This document shows positions 1-12,645 of a stretch of 64,000 bases of DNA, one piece after another; within the stretch, counting starts at the first letter, position 1, and the number at the start of each line of letters is the position of its first letter. The position numbers and the translations under genes were made by a program. The DNA is from Heptranchias perlo (Eukaryota). The notes below the pieces were generated by a model, which saw nothing but the letters and a program-made list of their open reading frames with translations, did not search any database and was not told where the DNA came from. The DNA lies in NCBI RefSeq assembly GCF_035084215.1, contig NW_027139559.1:2480001-2544000 (forward strand), in the 5' to 3' direction.

Positions 1-699
1 TCACAATGAATTTACACAGAAGTATAAATAAATCTTACGGTAAACCTACTTTAGTTAATGTTTCACTAGTTCTAACCGACAGTTTTCAATCGTGTACATA
101 ACCCCCCGTGGTTCAATAGCTGTTTTCTATAGAAGTGTTAGACCTGTTATGTTCGGGCATCTGAGTCAGCCTCCAGATCAGCTAACGATTGTTTAGATAT
201 TTCGCAAATCTATGAGACTATATCAGTGAATGAAGGATAATTACGGTTATAATCCGATAATGGTGAATAACCTTAATACCGCTTGATACAAGTTGCAATA
301 TTTTTGAAGATTCTTTGAAGGGTTCAGTGACGTTATTGGATAAACAGGAAATGATGCTTTAGACTGTATGTGGCTCCGCAAATCGCAATAAATGCAGAAT
401 GAAAACCTCCTGACTTCCCGATTCGTTGTTTGTGTGCGTTTTATCTTGGTGATGATGGTTTAAACCTTGATCCAGAAATCTATGGTGTCCATTGTCTGAT
501 ATTCCACCTGTGCAACACGTTTCAATTCCCCAATTTTTTACAAACACTCGTGATGCTTTTAATCTGGTTACATTCATTCTCTGGTTTAAATTGACCCATA
601 AGTTATCGACCTGTGAACGGAATTAATAATGGTCGACTAACATCCGGTCACCCTTTCGAATGACAATTATTGACCAAGGCTGTTGATTGCCTGGTTCGA

Positions 700-1780
700 T
701 TCTTATCCATCCAGTCGTTGCTTGGGCATCTCCCGCAATGACTTCTTTTCCCGCTCCCACACCGTTACCTCTGGAGTCCCCCCACCGATCTATATTTGGA
801 TCCTCCTATTTCTCATCTTCGTGCTGCCCGTTGGCTACGTCATCTGAAAACAAAATGTCAGATTCTGCATGTATGCTGCCGACACCCAATTGTAACCCAC
901 TAGCACCACTCTCGATCCCTCCACTCTCTCTGATTTGTCACACTGCTTATCCGACATCCAGTATTAGATGAGCAGACATTTCCTCAAATTAAATATTGCG
1001 AAGACCAAAGCCATTATCTTTGGTCCCCACCACCAACTCTGTTCCCTCGTCACCGACTCCATCTCTCCACCTGCCCACTGTCTGAGGCTGAATCCCACTG
1101 TTCGCAGCCTCGAGTTCCTTATTGACCCTGAGCTGAGTTTCTGACCCCAGATACTCTCCATCACCATGACCGTCTACTTCCACCTCCAGAACGTCGCCCG
1201 TCTCTGCGGCTGCCTCAACCCATCTGCTGCTGAAACTCTCATCCATGCATTTGTTACCTCCAGACTTGACTATTCCAATGGTATCCTGGCCAGCCTCCCA
1301 GCTTCTATCCTCCGTAAACTTGACTCTGCTGTCCGTATTCTAACTCACAACAATTTCAGTTCATCCATCACCCCTGTGTTCGGTGAGCTAAATTGGCTCC
1401 CGGTCTGGCAATTCCTCATTTTTAAAATTCTCATCCTCTTGTCCAAATCCCTCCATAGCCCTCGTCCCCTCTCTATCTCTGTAACCTCCTCCAGCCCTAC
1501 AACGCTCCGAGATCTCTGCGTTCCTCCAGTTCTGGCCTCTTGTCCATCCCTGGTTTTCATCTCTCCACTTCTGGCGGCCGTGCCTTCAACTGCCTTGGCT
1601 CTAACCTCTGAAATTCTCTCCATCAACATCATGCTACTCTCCAACCTCTTTACCAAAGCATTTGGTCATCTGTCCTAATATCTCCTTATGTGGCTCGGTA
1701 TCAAATATTGTCTGTGAAGCGCCTTGGGACGTTTTACTACGTTAAAGGCGCTGTGTAAATGAAAGTATTATTGTTCTTAT
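700..1780 (+). mobile_element. L2-type LINE 3' fragment (decayed RT C-terminal region and tail)
   Basis: ORF 1166-1678 contains 'ETLIHAFVTSRLDYSNG..L' and 'ITPV..LNWLPV..FKIL', typical of L2/Rex-type ORF2 ends. The tail reads tgtgaagcgccttgggacg...aaaggcgctgtgtaaat near 1713-1760. Confidence 0.8.
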
Positions 1781-1848
1781 GTTGAGCTATCAATCCATGC
1801 CATTGTAAAAGGTTTCATTGAGTTTGGAACTATCCTCTTATCAGTTTC

Positions 1849-2310
1849 GTGTCATCTTGGCTCATTGACAGCTCTCTCGGTTCTGAATTCGAAGATTCTG
1901 GGTTCAAGCTCCTCTCCAGGACTTCGGCCCATAATCTAGGCTAACACTCCAGCACAATAATCATGGGGGTGCTGCTTTGTCGAAGGTGTGGCGTTTCAGA
2001 TGAGACGCTTCTCCTGGGCCCCGTCGGACTTTTCACCTGGGTGTTAAAGATCCCATGGGAGATTAAAGGAGCAGCGAACTCTCCCGGAATCTGGGACCTA
2101 TATTCCGTCCTGAACCTACACTATATAAAAAAACAGACTAAGCGTCCCATTAACGACAGTGATGCTCTTAGTCCTTTGTTATGGGCTTATTGGCTGCAGC
2201 GTTGTTCATAAAAGTAACAGCGATTACACTTTAAAAAGTAATTATTTGGTTGTGAATCTTTTGGGACCTCCTGTGGGGGTGAAAGGCGATCTATGAAGTG
2301 GAACCATTGT
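1849..2310 (+). mobile_element. tRNA-derived DeuSINE (SacSINE1/AmnSINE1-like)
   Basis: tRNA-like head (tggctca...gggttcaagc), Deu-like core (gggtgctgc...tttcagatgagacg...aaagatcccatgg) and an L2-like tail (ttgggacc...gtgaaaggcg). Family recognised from memory. Confidence 0.7.
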
Positions 2311-2894
2311 TTCTTATCATCGTCGTCATTCTGGCTGATATCACTTCAGTTAAAACACAGGTCAGGGAGAAGCATAGATTCGGCCAATGGAAAGCTGAGC
2401 GACAGAGATGAAGAATATTCTTTGAGAATCCCAGCCGACAGCGAGTCCTTGCCGCCAACGGTGGCGCTGCATTTTCTTCCCAAGAGAAAAACAGGACGTT
2501 ATTTCGAGTGTCCCGTTCAAACTTGATAAGCGCAGACGCTCCGCCTGAACAAATTGTCCAGGTTGGAGAACTGGTGGGCAGGGCGACATCCAGGCCCATC
2601 CATAAAGACTCACCACCTTCTGAAAGGCGGGAAAAAACTAGTCTTGCAAAAAACAGAACAGCACGAAGCCATTACACCAATCACATTAAACGCAGTTCAT
2701 TCTGTTAAGTTTCTGTTACAATTGGTATCCTGTGTGAGTCACAAGGCAGGAGACCAAACAATTGTTTTGTGATCTGCCAGATCAGGGAAGGCTGCACCTG
2801 GTGGTCAGGTATGGGAAAATACGCTCACGTATCCAACTTTGGGCAACTATCATGACTGGCTGGCGGAGAGCCAAGCAGATGTTGCTGAATCTTG

Positions 2895-3235
2895 GTACCT
2901 CCATCTGGAGGAGCTGCCGTTCCATCACATATGGTATCTGTCCATGCTGGAGGATATCTCGGTGACTGGGTGGAGCTGCCATTCGAAGGGGTAAGTTATT
3001 GATCCATTCCGGTGGATATCTCGATGAACTAGTGGAGCCTCATTTCTATTGGATAAGGTAAGTATCCATTCCGGTGGATATCTCAGTGAGTTGGTGGAGC
3101 CGCAGTTATATGGGGTGTGGTATGCCTCCATGCTGGAGGATATCTCTCCATGCTGGAGGATATCTCTGCGAGTGGATGGAGCCGCTGTTCGATGGGCTAT
3201 GGTATCTCTCCATGCTGGAGGATATCTCGCTGTGC
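2895..3235. repeat. Degenerate ~60-bp minisatellite with core tccatgctggaggatatctc
   Basis: The core tccat(gctgga/tccggt)ggatatctc recurs near 2941, 3003, 3064, 3127, 3147 and 3208. Confidence 0.8.
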
Positions 3236-4683
3236 TGCTTATCTCACACTGCAAATAACACATCCTTCAGTTCGTGGCTCGAAGTATGCCCAGCTGCACC
3301 GAGTTTGTGAGAAAATTTATGTGCTGTCCTTCTCACGGTGCCAATCTGTGAATCCCACAATATGTAATCAGATAATGCTAAAGAAGTGCATTCGAACTCG
3401 GATAGCTCACCGTAGTTTTAATTAGACAGGACTTGCTTTGGGGTCGGTTTTGCGGCCCAGCTTGGTGCTATTTAGATCACGCAGCATGTCAGTTCAATGT
3501 AGAATAACACTCGTAGAGTGAAGCTTATGATTTGTAAATGACCATACGTATTTGTAACAATATGAAAACGTTTACTCTGCGCCAGGTCAGTCACTACTGC
3601 GATTATGATGCTTTGAGTTTCAGAATCCAATCGCCCACACTCAATGCAAATACAAAGCCCTACCCTCACCCCACCTCCCGAAATATCGGCCAGGATTATC
3701 ATAACCTGAGAGTCTACATGATCCGAGATTTGTCAGTGGTGACACATTCCGAAGTTTAAATGAATTATTAACTTCATTTTCAATTCTGATTCTCATGGCC
3801 AAAACGTACGGGGTAAACGTACATATCGTGTTTATATCACGGAATATTAGTGGCACCATCCAGGAATATACGCTGCGGTGTGTTATAGATTCCACGAGAT
3901 CATAATAATAGAAAAAACAAAAAATTACTGAAGAAATATATCACGTCAGGAATACGAAACCGAACAGTATGTCAGCGTCATCACCGTAAATCACAACTAA
4001 ATCTAATGACAATGATGCAGGTCTAACGCCACTGTATAGATGACAATGTAAAATAGTTTATATATAGTCCTATTTCAGAATGTGTCTGTATCTGCAAGGA
4101 ACATTTGATATCAAATGTCAAAAGGTTTCGACAGTCGAACATAAAGTGCGCTGATCAGTCAAAGTTGAATCTTTAGCCCGCAGTGTTTCCCTGCCCCCGC
4201 TTTACTGCCGATCTCTTATGTCATTCTATGTGAGCCGCAAGAGATTTGGTCCGATAATCAGATCACCTTCTGTTCAGAATGGCATCGAGTTTCATTCTTT
4301 TAGATATAATTTCGTTCATTTTGTTGTTATCAGCTTTCAAATGCGAAATTAATTTTAATGGAAAGCACTTATCAGCATCGTAAAGCTTTTTATTCGCTGA
4401 AACGTAAAATGGACGGATATATTTGCCGTGTAAAATCAATCCTCCGTTTATATACAATATCTGAACTCTACTATCACTATAAGCGAACCCCCAATATTCT
4501 GAAAATCACCGTAATCGATATCGGGCTGGTTAATGTGTTAACTATATTTTTATGTCCCGTTAGTTCAAATTCGAATACGCCGTTTCCCTCACGATTGCCG
4601 GTTTCATTCTATTGCAGCGCCTTTGTATCTATTCTGTTCTCAACATGACCACCTTTCTAACAATATCAATCTATTGGTTCTAG

Positions 4684-4841
4684 AAACCCCTCAATTAAAG
4701 GACGATCCAGAAGACCCCGAGGTAGAGGAAGAAGGATTAGAAAACTTATATGAGGATGGCAGCACGGCATCAACAGTGATCGCTTTCGTGATTCTGTTTA
4801 TTCTCAGTATGCTGTACAGTACATTTGTAACCGTACTTAAG
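4684..4841 (+). CDS. Immunoglobulin heavy-chain membrane exon TM1 (probably IgNAR; IgW not excluded)
   Basis: Acceptor ttctag|AAACC and donor CTTAAG|gtaata. The exon is 158 nt with phase-1 entry and encodes (E)TPQLKDDPEDPEVEEEGLENLYEDGSTASTVIAFVILFILSMLYSTFVTVLK: an acidic spacer plus the conserved antigen-receptor TM motif F..LF.LS..YS..VT..K. Confidence 0.92.
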
Positions 4842-5029
4842 GTAATATCAACTTTCAATAGCACAGTGACATTGTGTAAATTCAGTAGAAAGCTGAGTTC
4901 ATACCTTAGACATAACCTGGGTACAAATGATGAACAAAATATTCTAATACAAGCACAATGAACATAACAGTATTAGATTGGACTTCATTACTCGTTCCCA
5001 AGTGATTAACTAGCACATTTATAAATCCT

Positions 5030-8000
5030 CCTGAATATGATAACAACAGAGGAACGCAAGTGTACGACAATTATTGAGACATTTCAGCAGAAGAAAATAC
5101 CAATAATGGGAAGTATTACTTTATATCTAGATTGGGGAAGGTTAGAAGCACACTAAAAAGGAAAGAGATTTATCGAATGTTTCTGAGTGATAATCCAAAA
5201 ATAGTTAGCAATATCTTGATAAGGAAGCATCCTGGGACGACTTAGCGTTACGTGCTTGAAGTCACCATCAAATTTGCGAGGGAGAAAGGAGATCAGCAAA
5301 CAGTGATTTAGCACTTAAACCTGCCTCACTATGAAGATATAAGGAAAGTATTGACGGCGGAAGGATGGGATAAATTTCAGTCGGTAAATCGATGGACAAT
5401 TAGTGCAATTGATTCAAGAAGGTGATCAGCGAGCAAAAGAAAATACAATCCCAGAAATGGAAATTGTAAATGGAGGATGTAATTATGGTGAAATTAAATA
5501 GTTAGAGCCAGAATTAAACAAAAGGGGAAAGGTTATGTCAAGGCGAAGACAATGGAAAGTTTGACAGCCAGAACTATTATCAAAAATAAAAGGATATCAT
5601 GAAATTATGAAATGCACCATCAGATAGACAACAATTCCAAGGGATATTAAGGAGAATATCAAATATTTTTATCGTTGCATCAAAAGAAATAGAATGATAG
5701 AAGTGCAGATGGGGTTCTTACATAGGAACAGAGGAACAGGAGTCGGCAATTCAGCCCCTCCAGCCAGTTCCACCATTCACTGAGATCATGGACGAACTGT
5801 ATCTCAACTCAATTTACCCGCCTTGGTTCCATATCCCTTAATACCCTTACCTAACAACAATCTATCAATCTCAGTTTTGATATTTTCAATTTTGTTAGCC
5901 TCAGTACCTTTTTGGGGGAGAGTGTTCCAGATTTCCACTGCCCTTTGTGTGAAGAAGTGCTTCCTGACATCACCTATATACGGATTAGCTCAAATTTGAA
6001 GACCATGCCCCCTTGTTCTGGACTCCCCCATCAGAGGAAGTAGTTTCTCTCTATCTACGCTTTCCAATCCTTTAATCATCTTAAACACTAAAACGCTAGA
6101 GGTACGAAAGGAATACTTCGCATCCGTCTTCATTAGAGAAGAGGATGCTGCCATTGCAGCGTTAAAGGAGGAGGTAGTAGCGATATTGGATAGGATAAAA
6201 ATAGATAAAGAGGAGGTACTTAAAAGATTGGCAGTCCTCAAAGTAGAACAGTCACCCGAACAAGATGGGATCCATCCAAGATTAGTGAGGGAAGTAAGAG
6301 TGGAAATTGCGGAGGTTCTGACCACAATCTTCCAATCCTCCCAAGATATGGAGACGGTGCCAGAGGGCTCAAGGATTACAAATGTTAACCCCTGTACAAA
6401 AAAATGGAAAAAGAAAAACCCGGCGATTACACGCTGGTCAGACAAACGTCGGTCGTGCGGATAATTTCAGAGACAATAACCATGGCATTTGGAAAAGTTT
6501 GGGCTAATAAATGAAAGTCAGCAGGCGTTTATTAAAGGCAAATCGTGTTTGACTAATTTGATTGAGTTCTTTCCTGAAGTAGCGGAGAGGGTTGATGAGG
6601 TTCGTGAGGTTGACGTTGTGTATATGGACTTTCAAATGCCATTTGATAAAGTACCGCACAATAGGACGTGTTGGCAAAATTAAATCCCGTGGGTTTGAAG
6701 GGGCAGTGGCAGCGTGGACGTAAAAATTGGCTCAAGGACAGAAAACAGAGAGTAGTGGTAAATGGTCGTTTTTCAGACAGAGTGGTGTTCCCCAGGGGTC
6801 AGTATTAGGACCACTGCTCTTTTCGATATATATTAATGACCTGGAACTGGGTATACAGGGTACAATTTCAAAGATTGCAGATGACACGAAACTCGGAAAT
6901 GTAGTGCTAAAGTAAAGACATTATGCTAAACGTTCATAAAACGCATGTTAGGCTTCAGCTGGAGTATTGTGTGGAATTCTGGACATCACACCTTAGGATC
7001 ACGTCGAGGCTTTAGAGGCGGTGCAGAAGAGATTTACTAGAATGGTACCAGGGATGATGGACTTCAGTTATTTGGAGCAAATGGAAAAGATGGGTTTGTT
7101 CCCTTTAGAACAAAGAAGGTTTAGGGGAGATTTGATAGAGGTGTTCAAAATCATGATCGGTTTTGGTAGGGTAAATAAAGGTAACTTTTACCAGAATTGT
7201 TGGGAACCAGAGGACACAGATTTACGATGATCAGCAAAGGAGCCACACGTGACATGAAGAAACACTTTTTGATGCAGCGAGTTTTAATGATCTGGAATGC
7301 ACTGATGGAAGGGTGGTGGAAACAGATTCAGTGGTAACTTTCAAAGGGAATTGGATAAATACTTGAAGGAAAAAAAATGTACCGGGCTATGGGCAAAGAG
7401 CAGGTAGGTGGGTCTATTTGTATAGCGCCTGAGGAACGACGGGCCGAAAGGCCTCCTCCCCTGCTGTACTGTGATATGATACTTCGATACCATGAATTCG
7501 ATGCCCCCTTAATCTTCTATACAAGTCTAGTAAATGTAAGCTGTCCTAATGAATTGCCCCCTTTTGCCCCCGATATAATTTTGGTGAATCTGCGCTGCAC
7601 CGTTTCCAGGGCCAAAATAGCCTTCCTGAGATGCGGTGCCCAGAACTGAATGCCATTGAATTAGATCATGGACGATGTGTATCTCAACTCCATTGGATAA
7701 ATACTTGAATGGAAAAATTATACAGGACTATGAGGAAAGAGCAGGGAAATGGGACCTATTGGATCGGTCTTTAAAAGAGCCGGCATAGTCACGATGGGCC
7801 TAATGCCCTACTTCCGTGCTGTACTATACTACGATGCTATCATACCATGAATTAAATGTCCCTTGAATCTTCTGTACGAGCTTTGTCCATGCACCCTGCC
7901 ATCATGAATTGTCCATTTTAGCCCCGGATTCATTCTGGTGAATCTGCGCTGCACCACCTCCAAGGCCAATATATCCATCCTGAATTGCGGTGCCTTGAAC

Positions 8001-10720
8001 TGAACGCAATACTCCAAGTGCGGTCTAACCAGAGCTTTATATTACTGTAGCATAACTTACATCCCATTGTATTCCAGCTCCTTTGAGATAAAAGTTAACA
8101 TTCCAAAAGCCTTTTTAATTATACTGTGTACCAATCCACCAGCTTGTAGTGATTTCTGTACTTGGATCTCTCAATCTCCCTGCTCCTCCTCGGCTCCTAG
8201 CTTCTTACCATTTAGAAATTATTCTGATCTATCTTCCTTTGGTCCAAAGTGGATAACCTCTCACTTCCCCATGTTGAACTCCATCGGCCACAGTTTAGCA
8301 CATGAAGGTCACTTTGCAACGTTCTGCTCCTTAATTCATTATTTACTCTGTCACTTAACGGGGTCGTCAACAAACTTGGACATGCGCCTCTTTATTCCTT
8401 CATCTAAGTCATTTATAAAAGTAGTGAAAAGCTGAGAACCTGGAACACATCTCCGGGGGACTCGACGAGTCATATCCTGTGATGTGTCTCCTGCCTCCTA
8501 ACCAGTTCCTTATCCGTGTCAATAGGTTCTCTCCAATTCCACGAGCTCTCATTTCCTTTCAAAAGAGATTGAGGGGTGATAACAGTGGAGGATAAGGAAA
8601 ACGAAAAAACAACAAATAAATTAATATTTTGAAGCAATCTTCGCAATTTAAATGGACCAAACGATATCTAAAGCTACCTAGAACACTATAGGTTGGAAAG
8701 GATGGTATTCAAAGAAATTGGTTTTCAATGTCAAAAAAACATAACAAAGGACAAACTACTGGAATTGAAACTATTCAAAATTTCCAGACAAGTCGGATTT
8801 CATCTGAAAGGATTTATAAAATAGATAAGTCAACCAGCTATACATTCATTACAACCTGCAAAGGCTCGCTGGATTCAGATGTCATGACATGGAAGAGAGA
8901 GACAGTAAACTTTACACAATGAGTAAAAGGGGTAATGGAACGTAACGAAGGGCCTGTTAGCTTAACTGCAGCAGTGCAAAATTTCATATCATAGTATTAT
9001 AATAGGTACAGCATAGCAGCAGGCCATTTGGCCCATCGTGACTAAAGGATCTATCCAATAAGTCCCATTCGCCTGTTCTTTCCCCATAGCCCTGCATTTT
9101 TCCCTTCAAGTATTTAACTAATTCCCTTCATAAAGTTACCATTGAATCTGCTTCCATCACCCTTTCAGGCAGTGCATTTCAGATCATATCAACTTGCTGA
9201 GTAAAAAAAATGTTCCCTAATTTTGCCTCTGGCATTTTTGCCAATCACCTTAAATCTGTGTCCTCTGGTTGCCGACCCTCCTCCCACTGGAAACAGTTTC
9301 TCCTTATTTACTCTATCAAAACCGTTCATGATTTTGAACAGCTCCATCAAATCTCCACTTAACTGTCTCTGTTCTAACGAGAAATACCGCGGTTCCTCCA
9401 ATTTCCCCACATAACTGAAGTCCCTCATCCCTGGAACCATTCTCGTAAATCTCTCCTGCACCCTCTCTAAGGCCTTGACATCCTTCCTAAAGTGTGGCGC
9501 CCAGAATTGAACACACCATCCAGCTGAGGCCCAACCAGTGTTTTATAAAGGTTTAGTATAACTTCCTTGTTTTTGTACTCTCTGCCTCGATTAAGAAAGC
9601 CAAGGATCCCACATGATTTTTTAATAGCCTTCTCAACTTGTACTGCCACCTTCAAAGATTTGTGTCTGTGCACATTTAGTTTATTTTGCCTCTCCTCGTT
9701 TTTCCTACCAAAATGTATCCATTCACACTTTTCTCCGTTAAATTCCATCTGTTTTGTGTCTCCCCATTTCACCAGTCTGTCCATATCCTTCTGAAGTCTG
9801 TTACTATCCTCCACATTGTTTACTACATTTTTTTCAGTTTCGTTTCTGCTGCAAATTTAGTAATTATACCCTCTATACTCAAGTCCAGGTCATTAATATA
9901 TATATCAAAAAAAGCCGTGGCTCTAATACTGACCCCTGGGGAACACAAGTGTATACTTCCCTCCTGTCTGAAAAACAACCGTTCACCGCTACTCTCTACC
10001 ATTTGTTACTTTGCAAATATCATATCCACACTACCACTGTCCCTTTAATCACATGGGCTTGAATTTTAATCACACGTCTATTATATGGTACTTTATCAAA
10101 TGCCCTTTGAAAGTCCACAAAGACAACGTCAAACGCACTTCCCTCATCAACATTTCACGTTTCTTCATCAATTAACTCAGTCAAGTTAGTCAAACACGAT
10201 TTTCCTTTAACAGATCAGAGTTGACTTTCATTTATTAGCCTTTATTTTTCCAAGTCCAACTTAATTTTATCCCGGATTATTGCCTCTAAAAGTTTCCCCA
10301 TCACCGACGTTAGGCTGACTGGCCGACAGTTGCCGGGATTATCCCTCTTACCTTTGATTTTTTTTTATTAAGGGATTTGAACACTTGGAAAGAATAAACT
10401 GATTAAGGAATCACTAATGTTTGATATAACCAACCTTACAGAGTTTGATTTTGTAGCCACTCCTGTAGCCGATAGAGTCAGCTTGGTAAATGTCCTAAAT
10501 ATGGATTTTCACTGGAAAATAATTTATATTTCATACAGAGATTACTGAAAAGGTTAAGGCAAGTGAAACCGAAAAGAACCTCATGTGATGGATAGGAAAA
10601 TGGTTTTATTTGTTGGAGTTCGTAATCTGTGATAAATAAGGACATTTCTTATTCCCACAAATCAAACCAATTTCCAGATTGGTGGAATGTGACGAGTGCC
10701 ATCTCCGGGGAATCTGCTGC
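5030..10720. mobile_element. Nested CR1 LINE cluster in the TM1-TM2 intron: old + element (5030-5720, 8560-8985, 10370-10720) interrupted by younger copies (- 5720-6090/7495-7655, + 6090-7485, - 7850-8560, - 8990-10350)
   Basis: RT motifs [42 protein letters not shown] and LEYCVQFW, plus CR1 3' tails. The interrupted elements resume in register after each insert. Confidence 0.85.
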
Positions 10721-11989
10721 AATCCGACCACCAGCACTCCAGTGTGGGCAGACGGTTTTTACTGTTTATATTTAATATATTGAAACCTTTTGATTGTAAG
10801 CAGTTCCTGTGTGAACTATTTTAAAAATATAAATATCTATGCCCACATGAATAATTGCAACAGCATATGTAAACTTGATACGCTATAATGACATCCTCCA
10901 GTTATCGTTGGATCGAAAGCAGCTCAGCATTGCCTCTCCCGGATACTCAGCCTGTACTGCAGATAAACTCCAACCAACGCTAGGTCTCTGCTTCCTAAAT
11001 TGTTTATTTTATTTTCGATTGAACTATTAACAGTAACATAAAATCAAAGTATTATATAAATACAAGGGCCGACTACATGACTTTAAAATGGAAAAAAATA
11101 TATATTTGTGCGCTTTTCCCCATTATCCCCGTCCTCATGAATAAAGGCTTAACCCGTAGATTACATTTGGTTTTAGCTTCCTTTATGCAATGTCATCGCA
11201 GAGCGATTACTGTATACCGAGAGATAGAGGCATCGAATGTGTCTGAAATTAAAAAGCTGCTAGCCATCAAATTGTAAACAATTACGCCTTGAAAGTGATT
11301 GAAACCTTGCAGTTTCTCTCGCTCTCCATTCCTGTCTGTCTGTCTTTCTGTCTGTCTGTCGGCCTATCAAGAAATCTATCCATCTCGCTATCTATCTAAG
11401 TCTATTGCTCTCATGCACACACATGGAATTCCCTTGGCATTGCAGTGGGACGGTCGAGAGCAAGTTCTGCCTCAGTGATAGAGAGCTGAGGATAATTGAA
11501 CAGGTGTGCAGGTTTAATTCACTTCACATTCCAAAGTCATACATCCTACCTTATTTTTCTAATTACATTATAAATTCCGATCACCACATTTGCAAGTATT
11601 TGTCAACCGACACTTATCACACTTCAATTACACATCCCAACCAGTAATAGCGCTGAAGTGCTATCTCGCGTATCCCATCTCTTCTGATTGAATTACAGCG
11701 AAAGTTCTATACTCCAACCTACTGCACTTTTCTGCTTCTGACAGTGATGTAAATTTTGCTATTTAGCTTTAAGAGAAACAACGTAAAATCAGCGTATTAT
11801 CTGGAACCTGGGACACGTTGCATTACATTAAAATGGGGAATGAATACAGTTCCTAACCATGTCAGATTTATACCTCAAACACTTCACCAATGGCTCAGGA
11901 GCAGAGCGGAGTATATACAAGATTACTGCTAATACTAATCAACGAAGTACAATGAACTGTGAACGGACCAGAAAATTACAAAAGAAGAT

Positions 11990-12330
11990 AGCTGCATTAA
12001 GCGTGTGGGCAGATGGTTGACAGGTCCAGTTCACTGAAACAACAAATGACGTTGTCCATTTCACGTATAAGAATGGTAGATGGGAATAATATGGAAATGG
12101 CGAAGTTCTGAGGAGATGTACACGAACACGAAATGCCGTTGTTCATATCCGTATGTCACTGAAATCTAGCGGGCGTACAAAAGTACTAATGGGATGCTGG
12201 GTTTCAGCTCAAGCAGTCGAGAATATAACAGCGAGCTAAAGAAACCGTCAATCATTTGGAATATCATGTTCAGTTCTTTAGAAATTTTCAGGAGGCTATA
12301 CTCGGTTTGCTGGAGCCGAGCGACAATTCA
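11990..12330 (+). mobile_element. Highly decayed CR1 RT fragment
   Basis: Residual similarity to the 'LSEWADRWQM.FN' and 'LEY.VQF' coding regions. Confidence 0.45.
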
Positions 12331-12636
12331 CATGGATCGTCACATTTTTCCAGAAATGATATAATTATTGCCGTATAAATAACATTGGATAACAAATGAT
12401 TCTCTTATCATTGATCGACTCACGGAGACACGCGACTCGGGGTGTTGCCGAGAGTTAGGGTTATGGACATTCATTTGTGGACAATAACACTCGAATCCCA
12501 GAAACCCCCTCGCATTCCATGACAATTAGTCAATAATTCTGCTTTTTGTCCGACGCTTTTGACTATTCAGTGTGGTCACACGTCACTTCCTCACTCTGTT
12601 ATTCACTGGGTTTCATACTATTTCTTTTCACTGCAG

Positions 12637-12645
12637 GTGAACTAA
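12637..12645 (+). CDS. Immunoglobulin heavy-chain TM2 exon (V-N-stop), followed by 3' UTR
   Basis: Strong acceptor tatttcttttcactgcag|GTG AAC TAA in unique sequence. It is phase 0, matching TM1, and gives the tail K-V-N-stop, analogous to IgM K-V-K. Confidence 0.75.
   Translation: MN

Noticed and set aside
2293-2772. ORFs with 'LPPTVALHF..FEC' and 'SRLENWWAG' as a possible Ig constant-domain exon
   Set aside because: No frame has the C...W...YxC spacing, there are stops and frame changes, and the splice sites are not coherent.
4623-4961. 112-aa ORF as a standalone membrane protein
   Set aside because: Only 4684-4841 is Ig-like and it is bounded by canonical splice sites.
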